From positions 1 to 48,991 of the IMG/VR virus record IMGVR_UViG_3300017658_000264: 48,991 nt of DNA; one strand, given 5' to 3'. Positions 9,337 to 17,799 of this stretch are shown piece by piece. The stretch comes from a virus. Its lineage: Duplodnaviria; Caudoviricetes. A model generated the notes under the pieces. That model was not told where the DNA came from, did not search any database, and worked only from the letters and a program-made list of their open reading frames with translations. Made by a program: the position numbers and the translations under genes. Each line of letters opens with the position of its first letter. Within the stretch, counting starts at the first letter, position 1.

Positions 9337-9399
9337 ATGCAAAAAGCATATTTTCGGTATGCGTTTCGACTTGACGACACGATGTGCGTTATGCATATT
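9337..9399 (+). promoter_or_regulatory. PR-like promoter and OR operators
   Basis: TTGACG(9371-9376)-N17-CATATT(9394-9399); operators ATGCAAAAAGCAT 9337-9349 and GTGCGTTATGCAT 9384-9396. Confidence 0.75.
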
Positions 9400-9407
9400 G
9401 TCGTACC

Positions 9408-9602
9408 ATGGAAAACGAAATCGACCTCAAAGAACTTCGCCGTCGTCGCAATTGGACCCAGGATGAAATGGGACAGTTCTTTGGCGTCGATAAATCCACG
9501 GTCTGGCGTTGGGAAAACGAGGGTATCCCTGCGCGCGGCGCTACGCGCAAAGCTATTGAGCGCGAGTGGCTCGCTTCGGAGAAAGCTGGAGCCCCCGCAT
9601 GA
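9408..9602 (+). CDS. cro: Cro-like HTH regulator
   Basis: LKELR...WTQDEMG..FGVDKSTVWRWE XRE HTH; divergent from cI. Confidence 0.85.
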   Translation: MENEIDLKELRRRRNWTQDEMGQFFGVDKSTVWRWENEGIPARGATRKAIEREWLASEKAGAPA

Positions 9603-10384
9603 CGGACTCTCAAACCATCCCGGACGTCCACAGCATTGCCCGCGATCAACTCCGCGCCTTTGTTCAGCGCGTCGAGCGTATCGAAGAGGAAATCAAAACC
9701 CTCAACGACGACAAGTCCGACATCTACAAAGAGGCGGCTGCAGTTGGCTTCGACAAGAAGACGCTGAAAAAGGTCGTCGCTCGCCGGAAGGTCGATGACA
9801 ACCAGCGCCAGGAAGAGGACGCGCTTTTCGATATGTATTGGGACGCCGTTCATGGCACCAATCTCGTGCATGCACGAGTACGAGAAAACATTGAGGAATT
9901 TGACGCAGAGACCGGCGAAATCCTCGAAGACCGCCGCTCCGACGCTGGCCTGAACATCGTCACCAAGCATACCGAAATCACAGCTTCCTCCGCCGAGGCC
10001 GCAGTTACGGCGGACGATGATTTGCGCGAACCTGTTGCTGCGGAACAGGGTCAAATTATCCGGGAAGGGGATGCGCCCCGTGAAACCGACCGCTTCGGCG
10101 GTGACGCTTCGTGCCCGGATACCGAATTTCAGATGGACCGCGCCACGGAAGGCTCTTTCGAGACCGGAAGTGAGGCAGCGGAAAAGGGGCGCGAGGCAAT
10201 CCCGGCTGGACCGGAAGGCGTTGACCTGAGCCATGCTGGAGCCGGTGAAAGCCCGGCAACCGCATCCAAGCCGAAGGTTTCCTTCCGCCCGAACTGCCTC
10301 CAACCCGAAATGTGCCGAAGCGGAACGCGAGACCATTGCTACTCGTGCCGCAAGGCTATGGCGCAGCATGAGGACGCCGCGTGA
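9599..10384 (+). CDS. GapR-like (DUF2312/UPF0335) DNA-binding protein with long acidic, Cys-tipped extension
   Basis: QLRAFVQRVERIEEEIK.LNDDKSDIYKEA...GFD.K.LKKVV..RK motif. Confidence 0.85.
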   Translation: MTDSQTIPDVHSIARDQLRAFVQRVERIEEEIKTLNDDKSDIYKEAAAVGFDKKTLKKVVARRKVDDNQRQEEDALFDMYWDAVHGTNLVHARVRENIEEFDAETGEILEDRRSDAGLNIVTKHTEITASSAEAAVTADDDLREPVAAEQGQIIREGDAPRETDRFGGDASCPDTEFQMDRATEGSFETGSEAAEKGREAIPAGPEGVDLSHAGAGESPATASKPKVSFRPNCLQPEMCRSGTRDHCYSCRKAMAQHEDAA

Positions 10385-10752
10385 TGAACCCAATTCGTTT
10401 CTCCAATGGCTATGACTCTGCAGCGCAGAACCTAATCGAGGGCCGCATCCGCGATAGCCGGGCGCAGATCGCCCGCGCCGAGGTCTCTTCCATCGTCAAG
10501 GCCTACATCGAGCGCAACGGCGTCCGTCGTTTCGAGGCTGGCACGTCTGGAGACTATCAGTCCTTGAAGGCCTTCCTCGCTGATCGGGGATACCACCTCA
10601 GCACCTATCGCAGCCAAGCCAGCTTTATCATCACCGTTCCCGGCCAACGCGGTCGTCCGAAAGCAATGAACTGGTCGAAGGTGATCGAGTTTGTTGACGG
10701 GCTTCGCATGGGCGAGGGGCTTGAACCTTTGAAGCGGAGGGCAGCGGCATGA
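10384..10752 (+). CDS. hypothetical phage protein
   Basis: Coupled ORF in the rightward early operon. Confidence 0.7.
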   Translation: MNPIRFSNGYDSAAQNLIEGRIRDSRAQIARAEVSSIVKAYIERNGVRRFEAGTSGDYQSLKAFLADRGYHLSTYRSQASFIITVPGQRGRPKAMNWSKVIEFVDGLRMGEGLEPLKRRAAA

Positions 10753-10871
10753 CCTGGCTCATCTACGGCATCATCGGCTTCACGATCCTCTGCGGCTGCG
10801 CGGCCCTCGCGTTCGTCCTCTCCGATGAAGACGACGACTACCAGGAACACGACTGGTGGAGGGATCAGTGA
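10749..10871 (+). CDS. small single-pass membrane peptide
   Basis: MTWLIYGIIGFTILCGCAALAFVLSDEDDDYQEHDWWRDQ; ATGA overlap with the previous stop. Confidence 0.5.
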   Translation: MTWLIYGIIGFTILCGCAALAFVLSDEDDDYQEHDWWRDQ

Positions 10872-11240
10872 TCAACGGAATCGGTCAGCGCCGCTCCTCA
10901 TCCTCCCAAGCCGCTGACTGATCGGAGCGCGCGGCGAAGTCCCCCTCAGTCGCGCGCTCCACTCGAATTCTCGGAAACCGTCCTTGCAGCCTCATCACGA
11001 CGGCTCGGACAGGAACCGACAAAGGAACAAACGTCGAGGACGCCGAAGCCGAGGATACCCCGGCGTCCTCTGAACCCTCAGCAGACAAAGCGGCGGCGGC
11101 GCTGCGAGGGAATGGAATTAGACGGTTCGACCCAGGCGGGCCGGACGAGATGGCTTCACAAGAGCCGGCAAGCTCCTCGGAGCCATCTCGTTTCTCAGTA
11201 GTGATCCTGTCCATGACAGTTCTCCTTGAACGCGAGAACA

Positions 11241-11651
11241 ATGGCACAGGGAAAATCGAAAATGTCGGGAAAGTCACCCGTAGATTCGGGAAAACTAAAA
11301 CACGGTAAGAGCACGAATATGAGCGACGTAACACTGGCAAACGACCTGATCAAAGAGATTGGCGGATCGCGCCATGTCGCCGTGATGTTCAAAAATGCAT
11401 GCGCAGAGCTGCGCAGGATTTTCCCGCATCGTGACGATCCTGAAAACAAGTGGACAGAGCGACGCCTCCGGGCGTGGTGGAACAACGAGAGCCAGACCGT
11501 ACGGCACTTCCAGATGATGGAGCTTTACGAGACGGCAGAGGCCGTAAGGAGGGCCCGCGATGTACACGCGGAATATCGACAGAAAACCGCCCGCCTTCGC
11601 CAGATGGCTCAGCTTCGAACGCAGGCACGCGATTGCGATGTGGCTTCGTGA
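11241..11651 (+). CDS. putative CII-position transcription regulator
   Basis: Part of ORF 11226..11651; helical WTERRLRAWW motif; start uncertain. Confidence 0.6.
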   Translation: MAQGKSKMSGKSPVDSGKLKHGKSTNMSDVTLANDLIKEIGGSRHVAVMFKNACAELRRIFPHRDDPENKWTERRLRAWWNNESQTVRHFQMMELYETAEAVRRARDVHAEYRQKTARLRQMAQLRTQARDCDVAS

Positions 11652-11702
11652 CAGGGCCGCTTGGGCTGCCGAGTGGATCTGTCCGGAACTGAGGGAAGAT
11701 CA

Positions 11703-12299
11703 ATGACTGTGTACTTCGTCCGCAAGATTGACGCGCCGACCGAGATAAAGATCGGTACCGCAACCAATGTCGTGAATAGGTTGACGGCAATCGCTCGCGC
11801 TGTGGGCCCTATTCACTATTTCGCCTCCATGCCGGGCGGCGTCACTACCGAACGTAAAGTCCAGCTGCGCTTCGCTCACCTTCGGACAGAAGGGGAGTGG
11901 TTCACCGCGAGCCATGATCTGGAAGCCTACATCAGCTTGGTCGCCGACAAAGAGGACGCCGAGTTCCGCTTTACGCCGAAAACGTGGACGACAAAGGCCG
12001 TCCACCCTGTTGCCCGGCGCGAGGAAGACGCCCGTCGCGCATTCGCGCTCTTACAGCAGATCTTCGAACGTTACCCACGCCAAACTCCGATCGGCGATTG
12101 TGTGGAGAAAGCGTTTCAGGAACTTCATTTGATGAATCCGGCTTGGTCGAGGCGGCGAGTACGTGCGTTGCATGAGCTGCGCGGTCTACGCGTCGATCTC
12201 TTTGAAATTATCGACATGCTCACCTTGCTGAACATCCCAAGGGACCGGTGGGCCGATTGGATTTCACCCGAGAAGCAGCAAGCACGGCGGGCAGCGTGA
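11703..12299 (+). CDS. GIY-YIG (T5orf172-like) domain fused to a helical regulator-like domain
   Basis: VYF..., IKIG, E...Q.RF...R..GEWF motifs. Confidence 0.75.
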   Translation: MTVYFVRKIDAPTEIKIGTATNVVNRLTAIARAVGPIHYFASMPGGVTTERKVQLRFAHLRTEGEWFTASHDLEAYISLVADKEDAEFRFTPKTWTTKAVHPVARREEDARRAFALLQQIFERYPRQTPIGDCVEKAFQELHLMNPAWSRRRVRALHELRGLRVDLFEIIDMLTLLNIPRDRWADWISPEKQQARRAA

Positions 12300-12394
12300 T
12301 GATGGTGGCACCAGAAATGCTGCGCATCGCGAAGCGCTGGCGCGACCGTTCTCGGAAATGGGCCGATAGGGCCGACTGGATCGTGGGGGACTGA
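12299..12394 (+). CDS. short hypothetical peptide
   Basis: 31 aa ORF that exactly fills the gap between coupled genes. Confidence 0.35.
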   Translation: MMVAPEMLRIAKRWRDRSRKWADRADWIVGD

Positions 12395-12395
12395 G

Positions 12396-12932
12396 ATGAG
12401 CATCTACGTTTTGCGCTCCGCGGAACTGGTCAAAATCGGCTACAGCGCCGACCTGCATAAGCGCGTCGGGGCTATTGTCTCAGGGTCTCCAGTAGCAGTC
12501 GAATTTGTTGGGCATATGCCAGGTGATCGAGACGTTGAGGCGCATCTGCACCAACGGTTCGCGGCGCATCGGTTCTCCGGAGAGTGGTTTGTAGAGACCG
12601 AGGAGATGCGATCGGTCTTCGCCGCGATACTCACCCCCAAGATGCCGCAACCGTTGCCGCCAAAAGGGCCTGTCGGCCGGCGCGACCGTGACCACTCGGC
12701 AGTGCTAGTCTTCAAAGAGCGGCTTCGTGAAGCCGGCGCTCGTCTATTACCAATGGCAAACCACGCTGAACGCACCATCGCTCTTGCGGATGCGCTCGGC
12801 TGGCCGAAGAGCCGGGTGAAGGACGTTTACCACGGCGATCTGCGGGTCTCCCTGCGTGCCGTCGAGACCGAAGAACTCAATGCGTTCCTGCTCGCGCCGG
12901 AGCTTAAGGCCGAGATCGAGGAGGGCGAGTGA
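12396..12932 (+). CDS. second GIY-YIG (T5orf172-like) fusion protein
   Basis: IYV..., VKIGYS, E..LH.RF...R..GEWF motifs. Confidence 0.8.
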   Translation: MSIYVLRSAELVKIGYSADLHKRVGAIVSGSPVAVEFVGHMPGDRDVEAHLHQRFAAHRFSGEWFVETEEMRSVFAAILTPKMPQPLPPKGPVGRRDRDHSAVLVFKERLREAGARLLPMANHAERTIALADALGWPKSRVKDVYHGDLRVSLRAVETEELNAFLLAPELKAEIEEGE

Positions 12933-14113
12933 TGCAGATGCAACGTATCGAAGTGCTCGACTTGTTCAGCGCAGCGGCCGGCGGCTGGTCACTCGGTATG
13001 CATCGAGCTGGCTTCGAGACCATGGCCGCCTGCGAATTCGTTGATTGGCGCCGCGCGCTCTACTCGCAGAACAACCCAGGCGTCAGGATCTATGACGATG
13101 TTTGCACCCTCACGGCAGATCGAATTCTTCGAGATTTCGGACGACTTCCGTCAGTCGTCGTCGGAAGCCCTCCCTGCCAAGACATCAGCAGCGCAAACAC
13201 CAAAGGCAAAGGCGTCGAAGGCGCGCGCAGCGGCCTCTACTTCGAAGCCATCCGCATCATCGGAGAGTGCCGTCCTCGTTGGTTCGCTCTTGAGAACAGC
13301 TCTAATCTCCGAACTCGGGGCGCTGACGCCGTCCTCGCTGCGCTGGAAGCACTCGGCTACACCTGCTGGACGTTCGTGGTTCGTGCTGGAGACATCGGCG
13401 CCAATCACGAGCGGCCCCGAAGCTGGCTCATCGGATGCGACCTCAATCAAATTGCCGACGCCGATAGCTGGCAACAGTGGCAGCAATCAGGGCGGCGGGA
13501 TGGGGCGCACCGGGCCAATCCGACATTCCACCAAGACGATGATACGGCAAAGCCTCTTGGCGCTGGGCACGTCTGCGAACACGGCATCAGATGGCCTTGG
13601 GCCTGCGACGAATGCGACCAAGCTGCCTACCCCGGTAAAGAACGACCGGAAGATGGAGCCGTGGTCGGAAGCCTACGCCCGTCGGCGATCGCCGAAGCTG
13701 GATGCTCTGATGGACGGAGCGGCGAAGCACGAGATGATGCCGACGCCTCTGAAGAGCGACCGGAAGGGCTCGCTTGGCGTCATGAGTGGCGGCAAGGTGA
13801 AATCTCAAAACGTCCCAACGTTTCTCCGCGATCAGAAATGGGACTACGCACGGCAGATTGCGGCCGCGTTGCAGAGTGGCGGGCTGACTGGTCCCTCGAT
13901 GACCTTGCCCGTCACCTACAACTGGATGATGGGCTTTCCGCCTGGGTGGCTGGCGCGCGCATTGCGGTCGGCGGTCCAAAAGGGACTTCTGCAGCAAGTC
14001 TCATCGTCGAAGCGTTCGGGGACGCCGTCGTTCCGCAAATCCCAGAAGCAATAGGTCGCGCGATCCTTCGGACCGAGCGCGCGCTAGCCGTCGCTCACGG
14101 GAGGGCAGCATGA
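12932..14113 (+). CDS. C5 cytosine DNA methyltransferase, alpha polypeptide
   Basis: Motif I (LDLFSAAAGG), IV (GSPPCQ), VI (LENS), VIII (HERPR), X (FGDAVVPQ); motif IX is missing from this frame. Confidence 0.9.
   Translation: MQMQRIEVLDLFSAAAGGWSLGMHRAGFETMAACEFVDWRRALYSQNNPGVRIYDDVCTLTADRILRDFGRLPSVVVGSPPCQDISSANTKGKGVEGARSGLYFEAIRIIGECRPRWFALENSSNLRTRGADAVLAALEALGYTCWTFVVRAGDIGANHERPRSWLIGCDLNQIADADSWQQWQQSGRRDGAHRANPTFHQDDDTAKPLGAGHVCEHGIRWPWACDECDQAAYPGKERPEDGAVVGSLRPSAIAEAGCSDGRSGEARDDADASEERPEGLAWRHEWRQGEISKRPNVSPRSEMGLRTADCGRVAEWRADWSLDDLARHLQLDDGLSAWVAGARIAVGGPKGTSAASLIVEAFGDAVVPQIPEAIGRAILRTERALAVAHGRAA
13041..14054 (+). CDS. nested alternate-frame methyltransferase beta polypeptide (TRD plus motif IX)
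   Basis: 337-codon open frame inside the MTase; repeated (L/M)PTP units; NWMMGFPPGW resembles motif IX; true start uncertain. Confidence 0.7.
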   Translation: MIGAARSTRRTTQASGSMTMFAPSRQIEFFEISDDFRQSSSEALPAKTSAAQTPKAKASKARAAASTSKPSASSESAVLVGSLLRTALISELGALTPSSLRWKHSATPAGRSWFVLETSAPITSGPEAGSSDATSIKLPTPIAGNSGSNQGGGMGRTGPIRHSTKTMIRQSLLALGTSANTASDGLGPATNATKLPTPVKNDRKMEPWSEAYARRRSPKLDALMDGAAKHEMMPTPLKSDRKGSLGVMSGGKVKSQNVPTFLRDQKWDYARQIAAALQSGGLTGPSMTLPVTYNWMMGFPPGWLARALRSAVQKGLLQQVSSSKRSGTPSFRKSQKQ

Positions 14114-14295
14114 CCGAAATCACCCTCCTCAAGGAAGAAAGAAAAGAGATTCAAGCGGAGATAGACCGTCTTCGCGGCTCGATGAACCGTGCCGACAATG
14201 GGGTGAAGCTTCACAGGATCACCATCCTATCCAGAACGGTTGCCCGTCTGGATCGCGAGATCGCCTCCCTCGATGACAGGAGGGCGAGCGCATGA
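14110..14295 (+). CDS. small coiled-coil protein
   Basis: ATGA-coupled ORF. Confidence 0.6.
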   Translation: MTEITLLKEERKEIQAEIDRLRGSMNRADNGVKLHRITILSRTVARLDREIASLDDRRASA

Positions 14296-14555
14296 CCTGG
14301 TTGGACGAAGCCCGCGCCGTCATCAAGCGCTACGACGACGAGACGCCCGGCACGATATCGCTTGAGGATCGCAAGCGGCATCTGCGCCAGCTTTGCCCGG
14401 CGCACTTCCGCTCGACGAGCTGGGGCCGCAAGGTCTGGCCGAAGGCCTGCAAGGAATACCTGAGGCGGTTTGAGCCGGTTGCTAAGTCTGACGTCGCGAT
14501 ACCGGCCAGCCACCTTTCGCCGCTTGAGCGCATGATGCGGAGGGCAGGGGTATGA
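14292..14555 (+). CDS. hypothetical phage protein
   Basis: ATGA-coupled ORF. Confidence 0.65.
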   Translation: MTWLDEARAVIKRYDDETPGTISLEDRKRHLRQLCPAHFRSTSWGRKVWPKACKEYLRRFEPVAKSDVAIPASHLSPLERMMRRAGV

Positions 14556-14767
14556 CCTTCGGACAGGAAGCCCTCATCAAGATAGGCCAGTTGTTTCTCG
14601 GCCGAGACGGCCAGCACGACACGGCAGAGATTGCCCAGATCATGGGATGCACCGAGGGCGAGATATACAACGCCCTCACCGCTGCCCGCGCAGCCTACGA
14701 GGCCCATAAGACTTGGCACAGGGAACACCAGCAGGCCGTCCGTAACAAGAGCGGGGTGGCTGCATGA
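14552..14767 (+). CDS. small HTH-like protein
   Basis: DTAEIAQIMGCTEGEIYNAL HTH pattern. Confidence 0.65.
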   Translation: MTFGQEALIKIGQLFLGRDGQHDTAEIAQIMGCTEGEIYNALTAARAAYEAHKTWHREHQQAVRNKSGVAA

Positions 14768-15138
14768 GTGACCGCATGTCAGCCGCCGAATTCCACCAGA
14801 TGCGATACGGTTCCCATTCCCGCGAAAACAAGTTCGGGGCGGTTGCCTCGGTAGAGGACGGCAAGCGGATCGATAGCAAGGCAGAAAGAAAGCACCTTGC
14901 TCTCCTCCGGCTCCGGCTTCGCGCTGGTGAAATCTACGCGCTCGCCTGCCAGCCGGAATTCCCCCTGATCGTCAACGGCCAATTCATCGGCAAATACACA
15001 GCCGATTTCGCCTTCTGGGATGCCCGTGAAGATCGCTTCCGCGTCATCGACGTGAAGGGCGTTGAAACACGAGAATTCAAGCGGGCGAAGAAGCACGTCA
15101 AGGCGCTGTACGGAATAGAAGTGGAGATCGTGAAATGA
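14764..15138 (+). CDS. DUF1064 PD-(D/E)XK nuclease
   Basis: NKFGA, DG..IDSKAE, QPEF, YTADF and DVKG motifs. Confidence 0.85.
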   Translation: MSDRMSAAEFHQMRYGSHSRENKFGAVASVEDGKRIDSKAERKHLALLRLRLRAGEIYALACQPEFPLIVNGQFIGKYTADFAFWDAREDRFRVIDVKGVETREFKRAKKHVKALYGIEVEIVK

Positions 15139-15929
15139 CGAAGAGAAAGTCGATAAGCAAGAAGCTCCGCTTTGAAGTTTTTAAGCGCGACAAGTTTACG
15201 TGCCAGTATTGCGGATCCAAAGCGCCAGATGTGGTTCTTCATGTGGATCACTTGCACCCCGTTGCCAAGGGCGGCGAGAACGACGTCCTCAATCTTGTCA
15301 CCGCGTGCGAAGGCTGCAACTCGGGGAAAGGCGCTCGCTTAATTGACGATTCCAGCGTCGTCGAACGCCAACGCGCGCAGATTGAAATCCTGGAAGCTCG
15401 CCGTGAGCAGTTGCAGATGATTTTGGAATGGCGAGATGAACTGGAGCGCATCAAAACGGATACCGTTGAGCTGATTTGCGGGAAGATCGGAGAGCGAGGC
15501 CACTTCGTACCGAATGAGAACGGAAAGTCCGATATTCGGAAATGGCTGAAAAAGTACTCTTTTGATGAGGTTTTACTGGCTGTCGATGAAGCGTTCGATA
15601 TCTACATGGAGTGGACCGAGGATAAGCCAGACGACAAGGCCTGGAACAAAGCCTTTATGAAGGTCCCAGCGATATGTTCAATTCGTCGCCAGTCGGTTGA
15701 GAAACCTTACATCAAAAGCCTTTGCTACACGCAAGGGATACTTCGTCGCCGGTTTCGAGATCGGCGCGGTCTCTATGTCGAGGCATTGGAGTTGATGCTC
15801 ACGAAGTGGGGAGCCACCGAGGATCTCCTTGAGGAGACAGCCAAACGATGCCGCGACTGGGATGATTTCAACAACATCATCATAGCCGAAACTGCATGGC
15901 TCGAAAGCGAAGAACAGTCAGATGGCTAG
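15135..15929 (+). CDS. HNH endonuclease with helical C-terminal domain
   Basis: RFEVFKRD.FTCQYCG, VDH..PV.KGG.N...NL...C..CN.GK. Confidence 0.9.
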   Translation: MTKRKSISKKLRFEVFKRDKFTCQYCGSKAPDVVLHVDHLHPVAKGGENDVLNLVTACEGCNSGKGARLIDDSSVVERQRAQIEILEARREQLQMILEWRDELERIKTDTVELICGKIGERGHFVPNENGKSDIRKWLKKYSFDEVLLAVDEAFDIYMEWTEDKPDDKAWNKAFMKVPAICSIRRQSVEKPYIKSLCYTQGILRRRFRDRRGLYVEALELMLTKWGATEDLLEETAKRCRDWDDFNNIIIAETAWLESEEQSDG

Positions 15930-16737
15930 GATTCGCTCTATCCATCCTGGCATCTGGACCGATGAGGCGTTCATGTCTCTATCGGCCTACGCTCGCCTCC
16001 TTCTCATGGGCATCTGGACAGAAGCATTTGACGATGGCGTTTTCGAATGGAAACCGCTGACGCTCAAAGCGCGCATTTTCCCTGTCGATGCCGTCGATGT
16101 GAACGAGCTATTGCTTGAGCTTGTCGAGCACGGACTTGTCGCGCGGCTCGATGCGCACCCGAAGAGACCGGGCGTCATTCGCAATTTTCAGCGCTACCAG
16201 AGGCCGAAGAAGCCCAACAGTTCGGGAATGCTGCCGGATGACTGGCTTGATTTCGTGGGCGCAAAAGCTGTTCCCGAGCCATCTGAAGATGACGGTTTGG
16301 AAGCAGTACCGAACCAGTTCGGAACCGTTTCGGAAAAGTCTCCGCAGATGGAGGATGGAGGAGGGAGAGGTAATTCCTCACTTCGTTCGGAATCTATCGA
16401 AAAGAAAGAGCGCGAGCGCGCGGATTTCGATTCTTGGATTTCTTCATGGCCATCCCAAGCCAGCGACGACCACGAGGATGCTTTCCGGTCGTGGCAGCAG
16501 CTTTCCGATGAGGATCGAGCCGCAGCCAAGCGCCTTTCCAGCGCCTATGTCGAGCAGGCCAAGGGCGGCGGTAGGACGGTAATCTGCTCCGCTGCGAAGT
16601 ACCTCCGCCAGCGGATGTGGAAGCGCGTCCAGAGCAAGCCCCCCGACAAACCTCCCAAGACCGGGAAGAAAATCCCGACCCGCGAAGAGTATCTTGCCGC
16701 CGAGCTGCGGCGTTCCGAGAGGAGTTTCCAGCGATGA
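15922..16737 (+). CDS. phage replication initiator (O-like)
   Basis: MARIRSIHPGIWTDE N-terminus typical of phage replisome organisers; position in the genome. Confidence 0.75.
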   Translation: MARIRSIHPGIWTDEAFMSLSAYARLLLMGIWTEAFDDGVFEWKPLTLKARIFPVDAVDVNELLLELVEHGLVARLDAHPKRPGVIRNFQRYQRPKKPNSSGMLPDDWLDFVGAKAVPEPSEDDGLEAVPNQFGTVSEKSPQMEDGGGRGNSSLRSESIEKKERERADFDSWISSWPSQASDDHEDAFRSWQQLSDEDRAAAKRLSSAYVEQAKGGGRTVICSAAKYLRQRMWKRVQSKPPDKPPKTGKKIPTREEYLAAELRRSERSFQR

Positions 16738-17255
16738 ACATTCAAATCGCAACGAAGGAAATCACGGACGTTCCGTCCTACCTTGCCGAAGCAAAAGCCC
16801 GTCGCGAGGCGTTGATGGGAAGCAGGAAGGCGGCGGTGAATGTTGCGGAGCGGAAGATGCTGCACGACAGGATATCGGAATTGGCGGACCGCTTGACGGA
16901 AATGAAAGCAACTAACCGAAGCTTGCGTGAACAACTGGACGAGAAGACCAGCATCATCCGCGCCCATGAGCAAACCATCATGAGCCTGACCGCAAGCGAC
17001 GAAGCAACCGAGGGCCGGCGGCCGGCGAAAGCGATCATCACGGATATCCTCCAGGAGTTCCCCGGCATCACATACGCCCAGGTCGTCGGGGCTGGCCGGT
17101 CAGTGCCTGTCGTCGAGGCCCGTCATACTTGCATCCTGGCCGTCCACAGGGCGCGGCCCGATCTATCTTTCCCGCAGCTCGGCGCAATCTTCGGCGGCCG
17201 CGATCATACGACCATCCTTTTCGCAGTTCGAAAGATGGAGGCCCGCCTTGGCTAA
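16734..17255 (+). CDS. protein with DnaA C-terminal (domain IV) HTH
   Basis: LSFPQLGAIFGGRDHTTILFAVRK. Confidence 0.85.
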   Translation: MNIQIATKEITDVPSYLAEAKARREALMGSRKAAVNVAERKMLHDRISELADRLTEMKATNRSLREQLDEKTSIIRAHEQTIMSLTASDEATEGRRPAKAIITDILQEFPGITYAQVVGAGRSVPVVEARHTCILAVHRARPDLSFPQLGAIFGGRDHTTILFAVRKMEARLG

Positions 17256-17586
17256 CCGCATCATATGGACCGAGGAAAGATTGAACGAAGCATCCAGGCT
17301 TTGGGATCAGGGGCTGTCTGCTTCGAAAATCGCTGAGCTGGTTGGCGTCACCAGGGGAAGCATGTTGGGCACGGCCAGCATGCATCGTGATCTTTTCCCG
17401 GGGCGGGTGAGGGCGAGGGAGCAGGCAATCACCATCAAGGAGGAGCCGCGCGCCGTCGAGCCGGTCCAGCGGCCACCTCGCAAGCGTGTCCATAGCTTCG
17501 GCATCCGCTCCGTCGAGCGCCACCACGTATCGGGCGAGGTGCATTCCATGCCTCGCGTCTCGATCCTCAACGGCAAGGAGGGGTGA
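17248..17586 (+). CDS. GcrA-like regulator (N-terminal HTH)
   Basis: WTEER......LW..GLSAS.IA...GVTR....G. Confidence 0.75.
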   Translation: MANRIIWTEERLNEASRLWDQGLSASKIAELVGVTRGSMLGTASMHRDLFPGRVRAREQAITIKEEPRAVEPVQRPPRKRVHSFGIRSVERHHVSGEVHSMPRVSILNGKEG

Positions 17587-17774
17587 GGATGGCAGAGGCC
17601 AAGCCTAGATCGTGGCTTGAGGTGATGGGCCCGCATATCCGGCGTTTCGAGGTGGCGGCGAAGTTCGGGCAAAACGCCACTTACAACGCGACCGGCAGCG
17701 CAGCTATGGCCCGGCTCATCAAAAAAATGGCGACGATCATTGACGAAGAGATCGACCGTCGCCGCAAAGACTGA
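17583..17774 (+). CDS. hypothetical phage protein
   Basis: Coupled ORF with GGAGGG RBS. Confidence 0.55.
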   Translation: MRMAEAKPRSWLEVMGPHIRRFEVAAKFGQNATYNATGSAAMARLIKKMATIIDEEIDRRRKD

Positions 17775-17799
17775 ACGGCGGAACACGAGGAACACCACA

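Noticed and set aside
9389-10393. 334-aa minus-strand ORF
   Set aside because: Antisense to cro and the GapR-like gene; no recognisable domain
10885-11340. Minus-strand ORF in the gap before the CII-position gene
   Set aside because: Low-complexity Ser/Ala-rich product; a shorter version from about 11214 is possible but cannot be supported
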